Part shown: piece by piece, positions 1 through 7,693 of the stretch
Numbering within the stretch: the first letter of the stretch is position 1
Layout of the letters: each line of letters opens with the position of its first letter
Origin: Candidatus Saccharimonas aalborgensis
Lineage (GTDB): Bacteria > Patescibacteriota > Saccharimonadia > Saccharimonadales > Saccharimonadaceae
Assembly: GCF_000392435.1 (NCBI RefSeq)
Contig: NC_021219.1
Coordinates: 180,001 to 212,000, forward strand
DNA length: 32,000 bases
Reading direction: 5' to 3'
The notes under the pieces: generated by a model
What the model was told of the DNA's origin: nothing
The model's input: the letters and a program-made list of their open reading frames with translations, nothing else
The model's database searches: none
Position numbers and translations under genes: made by a program

Positions 1-231
1 CGCAGTCAGCGTGATGAGCACTGGCCAGCGCCGCGTCCATACATTGTGTACGGTCACAAGGTAAAACCCAAAGGCCAGCAGCACAAACCCATTGAGATAG
101 ACCACATGTTCGCTCACCTGAGAGTTGTAGATAGGGAGCGTCACGATCTCGGACAAAAAGAGTGCCGACAGAACAGGTCCGGCAAATCGGCCAACCTTTT
201 TTGATGCGGTGATCTCGACGCGTGTGGTCAT
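1..231 (-). CDS. Partial hydrophobic membrane protein, truncated by window edge
   Basis: Manual translation of the minus strand from ATG at 231: MTTRVEITASKKVGRFAGPVLSALFLSEIVTLPIYNSQ...; open to window edge; hydrophobic segments. Confidence 0.6.
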   Translation of the reverse strand, partial: MTTRVEITASKKVGRFAGPVLSALFLSEIVTLPIYNSQVSEHVVYLNGFVLLAFGFYLVTVHNVWTRRWPVLITLTA

Positions 232-354
232 GCAGACATCTTAACAAATTTTGTCAAACAATCCCACTAAAACTGAAACTAAATAAGAAACCGGCGTAGG
301 TATATAAACCTTTTGCTACACACTAAAGAGATTCTTGTATTACACTATACATAT

Positions 355-876
355 ATGTCACGACAACAAAAAAATGACCCTAGGTCAAAGGAATCCGAAA
401 AACAGCTTCAGGCTGATTATTTACGAGAGAGAATCTATAGTGGCATTACCCTTCTTGGCGTTAGCGCAGGCCTCCTCGCAAATACTGCATACATCTCTGC
501 CAGTTACGCGCTCACGACAATAGTATCCGCCGCACTTGGTATAGGACTGGCAAGCATTTTTGCAGAACTTGTGTCATATCGCGTTATTCACGACAGAGCT
601 ATTCCTCGACGTGAATTCTTGCATCACCTAAGAACACACCGAGCTTTTCTGGTCGCTGCAGCCCCATCACTTATATTTATTCCTGCTGCGGCCCTCAGCA
701 TCATGACACTGCGAACTGCGCTCGTAATAGACATCGTTCTCGGGGTATTTAGCTTATTTGTTATCCTCATCCGTTCAGCAGTCACGCCAAAGAATACGTT
801 GGCATCAATCACCGTATCGATTGGAATACAGGCGATTATCGCAGCTCTTGTGATTGGTCTAAAGATAGTAAAATAA
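355..876 (+). CDS. Small multi-TM membrane protein, possibly VIT1/CCC1-like
   Basis: ORF 313..876 with more likely ATG at 355 (MSRQQKND...); 'YSGITLLGVSAGLLANTAYI' and several hydrophobic helices. Confidence 0.6.
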   Translation: MSRQQKNDPRSKESEKQLQADYLRERIYSGITLLGVSAGLLANTAYISASYALTTIVSAALGIGLASIFAELVSYRVIHDRAIPRREFLHHLRTHRAFLVAAAPSLIFIPAAALSIMTLRTALVIDIVLGVFSLFVILIRSAVTPKNTLASITVSIGIQAIIAALVIGLKIVK

Positions 877-899
877 CCTAGCACTTCATAGTCATAGTT

Positions 900-1301
900 T
901 TATTGACAGGCACTACCAAACAGCTCACCATAGGTAACTTTACCTATTTGGTCTTTTTTCTGATCAGCAACGCGAGCGCGACACTCGACTGCCTTGAGGT
1001 CTAGCTCACGCTGAGCAGCTTGCCTCTGTTGCTCTACTGCTTGAGCTCGCTTAGCTGATTCGTTCTGCAGATACATATACCCCATCGACCCTATAAGGCC
1101 CAAAATGAGGATGATTGCTGCAGTGATATATTGTTTACGACTAAACTGTATCTTTGGAAGTTTTTTAGTCTTTTTCACAGAGTGGACGCCCACTTCTGCC
1201 TTTGCTTCAATAGACGACATCATGCGTGCAGACGTTATAGCTTTACGCCCGATTTTGCGACGATATAAACCCTCTCCCCGTCTCGCATGTTGTGGTTTCA
1301 T
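900..1301 (-). CDS. Hypothetical protein with one TM helix
   Basis: ORF 900..1313; likely start ATG at 1301 (MKPQHARRG...) or 1304; TM segment YITAAIILILGLIGSMGYMYL then a coiled-coil-like charged region. Confidence 0.6.
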   Translation of the reverse strand: MKPQHARRGEGLYRRKIGRKAITSARMMSSIEAKAEVGVHSVKKTKKLPKIQFSRKQYITAAIILILGLIGSMGYMYLQNESAKRAQAVEQQRQAAQRELDLKAVECRARVADQKKDQIGKVTYGELFGSACQ

Positions 1302-1354
1302 CATTCCTATCATAGCAAATCCAGGGTCCGTTTGCTAGCGACATATCCTCGACC

Positions 1355-1383
1355 TTGATAAAAATAGCCACCTCTTGTAGAAT
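1355..1383 (+). promoter_or_regulatory. Promoter for tRNA-Phe
   Basis: TTGATA (1355-1360), 17-nt spacer, TAGAAT (1378-1383), 11 nt before tRNA 5' end. Confidence 0.6.
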
Positions 1384-1394
1384 GGATGTTGTGT

Positions 1395-1470
1395 GGCTCT
1401 TTAGCTCAGTTGGTAGAGCAGAGGCCTGAAGAGCCTTGTGTCACTAGTTCGAGTCTAGTAGGAGCCACCA
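1395..1470 (+). tRNA. tRNA-Phe(GAA), CCA encoded
   Basis: Acceptor GGCTCTT/AGGAGCC, D-arm GCTC-AGTTGGTA-GAGC, anticodon loop CTGAAGA, T-arm ACTAG-TTCGAGT-CTAGT, ACCA end. Confidence 0.95.
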
Positions 1471-1471
1471 T

Positions 1472-1508
1472 ACGAAAGCATCCCTCGTGATATGAGGGAT
1501 TTTTTCGT
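1472..1508 (+). terminator. Rho-independent terminator after tRNA-Phe
   Basis: ATCCCTC-gtgatat-GAGGGAT followed by T-run; ACGAAA/TTTCGT flanks extend the stem. Confidence 0.8.
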
Positions 1509-1569
1509 GAGGTGACACAAGGCTCTTCAGGCCTTGGCCCTTCGAGCGGTTAATTGAAGCTGAGGGCTC

Positions 1570-1609
1570 TGTCACTAGTTCGAGTCTAGTAGGAGCCACC
1601 ATACGAAAG
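1570..1609 (+). repeat. Partial direct duplication of tRNA-Phe 3' part
   Basis: TGTCACTAGTTCGAGTCTAGTAGGAGCCACCATACGAAAG is identical to 1439-1478 (40 nt). Confidence 0.9.
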
Positions 1610-1641
1610 TATCCCCCCATATCTAGGAGGGATTTTTTCGT
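1603..1641 (+). terminator. Second, diverged copy of tRNA terminator
   Basis: ACGAAAgtATCCCCCC...GGAGGGATTTTTTCGT. Confidence 0.65.
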
Positions 1642-1650
1642 AAGATTGCA

Positions 1651-1659
1651 TGCTATAAT
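1651..1659 (+). promoter_or_regulatory. Extended -10 promoter element for tRNA-Gly(CCC)
   Basis: TGC-TATAAT ending 10 nt before the tRNA 5' end. Confidence 0.6.
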
Positions 1660-1669
1660 ACCCGTTAGC

Positions 1670-1744
1670 GCGGGTATCGTATAACGGCTATTATATGACC
1701 TTCCCAAGGTTGAGACGGGAGTTCGACTCTCCCTACCCGCACCA
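1670..1744 (+). tRNA. tRNA-Gly(CCC), CCA encoded
   Basis: Acceptor GCGGGTA/TACCCGC, GG present in D-loop, anticodon loop TTCCCAA, T-loop TTCGACT, ACCA. Confidence 0.93.
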
Positions 1745-1753
1745 TTTCCAGTT

Positions 1754-2527
1754 ATGACTAGAGTTGATTTTTCACCAAGAGCACAACGAGTCGTCGACAT
1801 TACCTTGAGCGAGGTAGCGCATCGCTATGGCGACGGGATAAACCCCGGATCAATCGCTTCATGTCCCTATCACGATCTTGAACATTCGACTGCCGTCATG
1901 GAAAGTGCTGTCCTATTGGCTTCACGGTTGCATCTTAGTAGAGCCGCCCTCGAATTGGCCGCTCTGAGCGGCGCAGCTCACGACGTCATTCGCGAACACG
2001 CTGAGGATATGACACCGGAGGAAGCAAGTGCTGCATGGCTTCGCCGCGTCATGCTTAACAATGGATACACAATTGACGATACTACTGTAACTACCCGGGC
2101 AATTCTTGCCACAACTGCCCAAATGCTTGAATCGGGTATCGTTGTCCAGCAAACGGCTGGTCTTAATGCCGATTCAGAAGCTAACGCGGTAGCACTCTGT
2201 GTAGCGAGCGCAGATCTCCGGGCCCTCTATATGCCGACCGGACCGCGTGCAGCTCATGATTACTTTCGTGAACTGCGAGGACTATCGGGCGAGGAGGCTC
2301 CGGCAGATTTAGAGGGATTGCGAAAGTACCAACTTGGAGAAGTAGCACTTACTAGTGGATACCGCTATCCACTCGATGTAGCTGAGGCGCTCTTTGCACG
2401 CGATCGTGACGATATCGTTGCCCACCACAAACGACTGATTGATCTCCTTGATAGAGGACTTATTTCTTCCTGGGATGATGTCGTACAGCTAGACCTCGAG
2501 TATTACGAGGCTCATACCCAAAGATAA
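1754..2527 (+). CDS. HD-domain phosphohydrolase family protein
   Basis: HD-type pattern 'YHDLEHSTAVMESAVLLASRL...SGAAHDVI'; 257 aa ORF. Confidence 0.75.
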   Translation: MTRVDFSPRAQRVVDITLSEVAHRYGDGINPGSIASCPYHDLEHSTAVMESAVLLASRLHLSRAALELAALSGAAHDVIREHAEDMTPEEASAAWLRRVMLNNGYTIDDTTVTTRAILATTAQMLESGIVVQQTAGLNADSEANAVALCVASADLRALYMPTGPRAAHDYFRELRGLSGEEAPADLEGLRKYQLGEVALTSGYRYPLDVAEALFARDRDDIVAHHKRLIDLLDRGLISSWDDVVQLDLEYYEAHTQR

Positions 2528-3289
2528 CTATTTAACTTCTTTGGCCATAAAATCTTTGACACTCTGCACTGTGTCCATAAATTGACTGGGGAAAATAATC
2601 GTTGAGTTCTTTTCAACCGCAATCTCAGTCAAGACCTGCAAATTTCGAAGCTGTAATGCAATCGGGTGTGCAGAGATGATATCAGCCGCTTCACCTAACT
2701 TTTGGGCACTCATTTGCTCACCCTCGGCAGCGATGATCTTTGCCCGGCGCTCGCGCTCTGCCTCGGCCTGTTTGGCCATGGCACGTTTCATATCCTGAGG
2801 TAATTCGATATTTTGGACTTTGACACTGTCGATGTTGATGCCCCATTTTTCGGTTTCGCCGTCGACGATATCTTTGATCTGCTGGCTCACCTCATCTCGT
2901 TTACCGAGCAACGAATCGAGTTCAACATTACCAGTGACGTCGCGAAGTGCAGCCTGCGCAAACTGGCTTGTCGCATAAATATAATTTGCCACCTCTAGAA
3001 CAGCTTTATCGGCATTGACGACGTTGAAATAAACAACTGCATCGACATTGATGGTGACATTGTCTTTTGTGATAACTTCTTGCTTAGGAATATCGATGGT
3101 ATTAGTGCGAATATCGACTTTTATCATTCGCTGGAACACTGGTACTACAATGCGCAGTCCTGGCTCACGTATACCGCTAAACTTACCGAGAGTAAGTACA
3201 ACCCCTCGCTCATACTGATCGATAATCTTTATGCCACTTGCAATAATTGCCCCGACAAACAAAATGATTGTGATTACTGCACCTTCCAC
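2528..3289 (-). CDS. SPFH/Band 7 (slipin/stomatin-like) membrane protein
   Basis: N-terminal TM, 'ERGVVLTLGKFSGIREPGLRIVVPVFQRMIKVDIRTNTIDIPKQEVITKDNVTINVDAVVYF'; GTG start at 3289 preceded by GAGGAGG. Confidence 0.93.
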   Translation of the reverse strand: MEGAVITIILFVGAIIASGIKIIDQYERGVVLTLGKFSGIREPGLRIVVPVFQRMIKVDIRTNTIDIPKQEVITKDNVTINVDAVVYFNVVNADKAVLEVANYIYATSQFAQAALRDVTGNVELDSLLGKRDEVSQQIKDIVDGETEKWGINIDSVKVQNIELPQDMKRAMAKQAEAERERRAKIIAAEGEQMSAQKLGEAADIISAHPIALQLRNLQVLTEIAVEKNSTIIFPSQFMDTVQSVKDFMAKEVK

Positions 3290-3363
3290 TGTATCCTCCT
3301 CGACATTACATAGATACCAGTAGTATAGGATGTTCAAAAAATATTAGCAACGTCTGCCCTACT

Positions 3364-3391
3364 TGTCGCGAGAACTAGGCCGTGATAGCAT
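3364..3391 (+). promoter_or_regulatory. Candidate promoter for the atypical tRNA-Gly
   Basis: TTGTCG (3364-3369), 16 nt, extended TGA-TAGCAT (-10 at 3386-3391), 10 nt before the tRNA 5' end. Confidence 0.45.
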
Positions 3392-3401
3392 GGACTGACA
3401 T

Positions 3402-3476
3402 GCGGGTGTAGTTTACCGTCAAAACGCTGGCCTTCCAGGCGAGAAACTCCTGGTTCAACTCCGGACACCCGCACCA
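3402..3476 (+). tRNA. Atypical tRNA-Gly(TCC)-like gene, CCA encoded; candidate peptidoglycan-dedicated tRNA
   Basis: Acceptor GCGGGTG/CACCCGC fully paired; D-stem GTTT/AAAC; D-loop ACCGTCA lacks GG; anticodon stem CTGGC/GCGAG with G29-G41 mismatch, loop CTTCCAG; T-stem CCTGG/CCGGA with C49-A65 mismatch and U51-G63 wobble; T-loop TTCAACT; ACCA. Confidence 0.8.
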
Positions 3477-3545
3477 CAATCACAGTACATCCCTCGACGA
3501 GCTTCGCAGATGCGTGGCTCGTTTTCAAACGAGCGACTCTGGGGG

Positions 3546-3551
3546 TATAAT
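3546..3551 (+). promoter_or_regulatory. -10 element upstream of the Mur-ligase/FemAB operon
   Basis: TATAAT 11 nt upstream of the ATG at 3563, with GAGGA between. Confidence 0.5.
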
Positions 3552-3562
3552 GATAGAGGAAG

Positions 3563-4840
3563 ATGAAATTGATACATACAGCAAAAAAAGCCCTCTACAT
3601 TTCGGTAGCGAAGTATTTTCGTTACTGGTCAAACAAGAGCCTGCGGCGCTGGAATCCGCGAGTTATTGTCGTAACGGGGTCGGTTGGCAAGACAACCATG
3701 CTCAATCTCATCGAAACGCAGCTCGGACCGGCGGCTCACTATTCACACAATGCCAATAGTGCCTTTGGGATTGCCTTCGATATCGTGGGGATGCGTGGTA
3801 TTACCAGCAGCAAGCTGAAATGGCTGTATCTGTTCATCGCCGTCCCCCTCCGATCACTTTTTTTTACCAGACATGAAAAATATTATGTTGCCGAGATTGA
3901 CGGAGAACGCCCCCGCGAAGCCTCACTGCTTGCCGAATGGCTACGTCCCGAAGTAACTGTCTGGGTGAGCCTGGGCAGAAGCCACGCGGTGTTTTACGAT
4001 GCAGTGGTCGCAAGCGGTCGCTATGGGTCAGTCGATGAAGCTATCGCCGATGAATTCGCTTCACTTGCCCGAAACACCTCAAAGCTCGTAATCGTAGATG
4101 GCGGCAACCCGGCCATGACCACACAGATCAAAGATATTAGCGGCAAGATAGTTGCCATAACTGACGCAGCATTGCACAAATACCACGTCTCGCCTACCAG
4201 TGCATCATTTGTAATGAGTAGTGGCACATTTTCTTTTTCAGATCCAATGCCAAAAGAGACGTACGTCCAATTGGCGATGCTTGAGCAGCTCATGAACTAT
4301 CTCGCTTTGCCGATTACCCACGATGTATCGTCATTTTCGTCACCACCAGGCAGAAGTCGTCATTTTGCAGGCATCAAAGACACACACCTGATAGACAGCA
4401 GCTACAACGCACACCTCATCAGCATGCGTTCAATGATTGCGATGATGCAGGCTATGCCCGCGACGCACAAGTGGGCGGTCATCGGCGATATGGTGGAGCA
4501 AGGCAAGAGCGAGTCCGAAGAACACCGATTGCTTGGCGAGCTCCTCTCAACCACAGATTTCGAGCAAATTATTCTGGTGGGGCGACGAGTTTCTCTACAT
4601 ACTCACCCCGCTATCAGTTCATCCAACCCGCAAAGACACGTAGAATCATTTGCAAACGCACGCGATGCACTGCAATATATCGTCGATCATTTGCAGGGAA
4701 ATGAAGTCCTGCTCTTTAAGGGTAGCCAGTACCTCGAATGGATAGTCGAGAAGTTACTTCTCAACCCACAGGATGTAAGTAAATTAGCTCGCCAGGATAT
4801 TGCATCAGTTAAGCGCCGAGCATCTTGGGGGTTATCATGA
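3563..4840 (+). CDS. MurF-like Mur ligase family protein lacking the typical N-terminal substrate-binding domain
   Basis: P-loop 'VIVVTGSVGKTTMLNLI' at about residue 33-50; 'SYNAHLISMRSMIAMM' and 'KWAVIGDMVEQG' resemble MurF C-terminal motifs. Confidence 0.8.
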   Translation: MKLIHTAKKALYISVAKYFRYWSNKSLRRWNPRVIVVTGSVGKTTMLNLIETQLGPAAHYSHNANSAFGIAFDIVGMRGITSSKLKWLYLFIAVPLRSLFFTRHEKYYVAEIDGERPREASLLAEWLRPEVTVWVSLGRSHAVFYDAVVASGRYGSVDEAIADEFASLARNTSKLVIVDGGNPAMTTQIKDISGKIVAITDAALHKYHVSPTSASFVMSSGTFSFSDPMPKETYVQLAMLEQLMNYLALPITHDVSSFSSPPGRSRHFAGIKDTHLIDSSYNAHLISMRSMIAMMQAMPATHKWAVIGDMVEQGKSESEEHRLLGELLSTTDFEQIILVGRRVSLHTHPAISSSNPQRHVESFANARDALQYIVDHLQGNEVLLFKGSQYLEWIVEKLLLNPQDVSKLARQDIASVKRRASWGLS

Positions 4841-5532
4841 CAGCGCCTCTCGTCATCATCCACGGCTGGACCTACACAATTAAGCCATGGGACAAAACTG
4901 TTGCCATTCTCAAGGAGATGGGAGTGGAAGTACATCAACTCCGTGTGCCAGGACTGACACAGCCGTCTGACGCCGTGTGGACAATCGATGCGTACGTCGC
5001 CTGGCTCGATCAGGAACTACAAGCAATCCCCAATCCAATCGTCCTAGGGCATTCAAATGGTGGTCGTATTGCCATGCATTATCTAGCACAACACCCCAAT
5101 CGTTTCAAAAAGCTTATTTTGCTGAATAGTGCCGGCGTCGCTATCTCGTCAACGAGCCAGTCGCTGAAAAAAACTGCAGTGAAAGCATCAGCAAAGATAC
5201 TCAAACCGCTCAAATATATCCCTGGTGTTCGACGTGTAGTGTACCGCGCGCTAGGAAGCGACTACGGCAGAGCACCAAAAAACATGCAGGCCACACTCAA
5301 CAATATGCTAGCAGCCGATAAAGACTTCTCTCCGCGTATGATCGCTACCCCAACGATCATGCTGTGGGGGGAGTCGGATAACGTTACGTCGCTCGCAATT
5401 GGCAAAAAAATTGCCGATGAACTCCCCACGGCAACGCTCCATACCTTTCCGGGCTGGGGACATGCGCCGTACCTCACTCACCCAGAACAAGTGGCTGACG
5501 CAATTATGGCTGCCATGCAGGAGAGCGCGTGA
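4825..5532 (+). CDS. Alpha/beta hydrolase
   Basis: 'VIIHGWTYTIKPWDK', nucleophile elbow GHSNGG, 'MLWGESDNVT', 'FPGWGHAPYLTHPEQVADAI'; overlaps the preceding ORF. Confidence 0.9.
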   Translation: MGVIMTAPLVIIHGWTYTIKPWDKTVAILKEMGVEVHQLRVPGLTQPSDAVWTIDAYVAWLDQELQAIPNPIVLGHSNGGRIAMHYLAQHPNRFKKLILLNSAGVAISSTSQSLKKTAVKASAKILKPLKYIPGVRRVVYRALGSDYGRAPKNMQATLNNMLAADKDFSPRMIATPTIMLWGESDNVTSLAIGKKIADELPTATLHTFPGWGHAPYLTHPEQVADAIMAAMQESA

Positions 5533-6695
5533 TTTTTCAGTCAATCGGCTCACAGTTTCGGGCCCCAGATATGTGGCGGCATCTGACTGCTCATGCTTCG
5601 CGTGATTCGTCTACGAAACTCACCCACACACTTGAGGCAACATTTGGCGGAAAGGCCTTTTTGTACCAAAATGGCAGAAGTGCGCTCGCGGCAGCCTTAA
5701 CCCAAATCGCGTTAGATCATCCAGGCGCATCGGTCGCGGTGAACGGCTATAGCTGCTTCGTCGTACAAGAAGCGGTGCATGCGGCTGGTTTGACACCAGT
5801 ATTTCTTGATATCGATCCAAACGCTCTCCATTTTTCGGGTGATACCCTAGCGAAAGCGCTCACAGAAAACACCGATATCAAAGCAGTGGTCGTTCAAAAT
5901 ACCTTAGGCATTCCGTGTGATATAGAGACGATTGAGCGAATCACTACAAAACGAAATATTTGTCTTATCGAGGACCTGGCTCATTCTGCTGGCTTACGCT
6001 ATGGCGACGGTCGTGCGGCAGGATCTGTTGGGGCCTTTGTCATCCTATCATTTGGCCGCGATAAACTACTCGATACGGTGAGTGGCGGTGCACTCATTGT
6101 GCGTCAATCAACAGATACAAGCAAATTGCCTCAGCATGAGCTACTTGCACCGCTGGGAACTCGCCTGAGAGATCGTTTGTATCCATTTTTTACCTGGATA
6201 GCACGCATGTTGTATCCGATAAAAGTTGGCGGCGTGTTACTACGGGGGCTCCTGTGGACAAAGCTCATTTCACGCTCGGCGAGCGGTAGTATCAACCCGT
6301 CCTACACGATGCCTGCTTGGCAAGCCGAATGTGCGCTCTATCGGCTGAAGGAGCTAGATCATGATATTGGTCGGCGAAAGGCGCTCCAGGAAATCTACCA
6401 AGAAAGACTACCCTCACTCATCGTAGCCGATACACCCGTGCGTGTCTCGATCATGGTAAAAGATCGTGCTGCGGTGCTGCGCGCCCTCCGTGCCCACCAC
6501 TATTATCTTGATGATATTTGGTATGATAGTCCCATCGGCCCGCGCCGGCTTTATCCCTCTGTAGCCTTTCCTGAATCACGCTGTCCTCACGCTGTCTATG
6601 CAGCAGAACACATCATCAATCTCCCGACTCATGTGTCTGTCGACAAAACAACTGCTCGACATATTGCTCAGATCATCGCCGAGGAAGAAGCATGA
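5529..6695 (+). CDS. DegT/DnrJ/EryC1/StrS-family PLP-dependent aminotransferase-like protein
   Basis: 'IYLIEDLAHS'-type motif (ICLIEDLAHSAG), 'SFGRDKLLDTVSGGAL' around the putative PLP lysine; 388 aa; 4-bp overlap with neighbour. Confidence 0.8.
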   Translation: MIFQSIGSQFRAPDMWRHLTAHASRDSSTKLTHTLEATFGGKAFLYQNGRSALAAALTQIALDHPGASVAVNGYSCFVVQEAVHAAGLTPVFLDIDPNALHFSGDTLAKALTENTDIKAVVVQNTLGIPCDIETIERITTKRNICLIEDLAHSAGLRYGDGRAAGSVGAFVILSFGRDKLLDTVSGGALIVRQSTDTSKLPQHELLAPLGTRLRDRLYPFFTWIARMLYPIKVGGVLLRGLLWTKLISRSASGSINPSYTMPAWQAECALYRLKELDHDIGRRKALQEIYQERLPSLIVADTPVRVSIMVKDRAAVLRALRAHHYYLDDIWYDSPIGPRRLYPSVAFPESRCPHAVYAAEHIINLPTHVSVDKTTARHIAQIIAEEEA

Positions 6696-7693
6696 ACCAA
6701 TTCAGGATGTGTAGCGATAAGGCCACGTGGGATCGCTATCTCGCAGATTATCCTGAAGCAAATTTTTTGCAGTCATGGCAGTGGGCAGAAACATATGCTC
6801 GGCGTGGCAATACCATACTGAGGCATACGCTCACCGATGATGGTGTAGTAAAAGCAGTAGTCGCTGGCGTCACACATACTGCCCGGCGAGGAAAATATTT
6901 AGAAATCGCTGGCGGACCTTTGGTTGACTGGTCTGACACTCGCCTCGTTACTCTCCTCATGAATCATATTGCGACATTTGCCAGAGAGCAGCGGTGCGTA
7001 TTTGTGCGTATCCGACCACAAGCACAGACCGTTTCATTGACACAGTTTGGTCTCCGTCCTGCACGTATGCATCTTCATGCAGAACATACCAGCATACTAG
7101 ACATTGGCCGTGACACCGAGGTATTGCTCGCCGCCATGCGCCAACAAACGCGCTACGAGATACGACGCGCACCAAAACGCGGCATTAGCATCTCCTCAAA
7201 TAGAGCGTCGGTTGAAATTGATGAGTTCATTGAAATGCAGTACCAAACTGCCCATCGCCAGGGATTCACTCCCTCTTCGCCCGATTTCCTCCGTGAAGTT
7301 TGCCGCCAATTTGGTGACGATGCGCGTCTCTACCGCGCACAAAAAAATGGTCAGACGCTCAATCTTGCGCTTATCTTACATTTCGGTAAGGAGACGGATT
7401 ATTATGAAGCGGCCTCGATACCAGCAGCACGCAACGAACCCGGCGCTTACGCTATTTTGTGGCAGGTTATCAATGACGCCAAGCAGCGACAGATGTCGCG
7501 TGTGAACCTGTGGGGAATTGCACCGTCCAATTCCGGGCCAGCTCATCGCTACGCTCGTGTGACGACATTCAAACGTGGTTTTGGTGGCGACGACACTACC
7601 TATACACATGCTCATGATCTCGTCCTCAGGCCCATTGCCTACACAAAAAACTGGCTTGTTGAATCCATACGAAAAAAAAGGAGAAACGTATAA
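6692..7693 (+). CDS. FemAB-family peptidoglycan interpeptide bridge aminoacyltransferase (copy 1)
   Basis: 'FLQSWQWAETYARRG', 'YLEIAGGPLVDW', 'VFVRIRPQ', 'MRQQTRYEIRRAPK', 'YAILWQVINDAK', 'NLWGIAP...FKRGFGG'. Confidence 0.9.
   Translation: MNQFRMCSDKATWDRYLADYPEANFLQSWQWAETYARRGNTILRHTLTDDGVVKAVVAGVTHTARRGKYLEIAGGPLVDWSDTRLVTLLMNHIATFAREQRCVFVRIRPQAQTVSLTQFGLRPARMHLHAEHTSILDIGRDTEVLLAAMRQQTRYEIRRAPKRGISISSNRASVEIDEFIEMQYQTAHRQGFTPSSPDFLREVCRQFGDDARLYRAQKNGQTLNLALILHFGKETDYYEAASIPAARNEPGAYAILWQVINDAKQRQMSRVNLWGIAPSNSGPAHRYARVTTFKRGFGGDDTTYTHAHDLVLRPIAYTKNWLVESIRKKRRNV

Noticed and set aside
320-326. ACACTAA half-site near the first full gene, resembling the NrtR box
   Set aside because: The partner half-site at the 7-nt spacing is AAACCTT, which does not match TTAGTGT.
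3334-3528. Minus-strand 64-aa ORF over the tRNA region
   Set aside because: The sequence is explained by the tRNA fold; the ORF reads through a tRNA gene and has no motif.
3517-3534. GCTCGTTT-TC-AAACGAGC as a terminator after the atypical tRNA
   Set aside because: Good palindrome but no T-run after it (GACTCTGG follows); function unclear, possibly an operator for the operon promoter.
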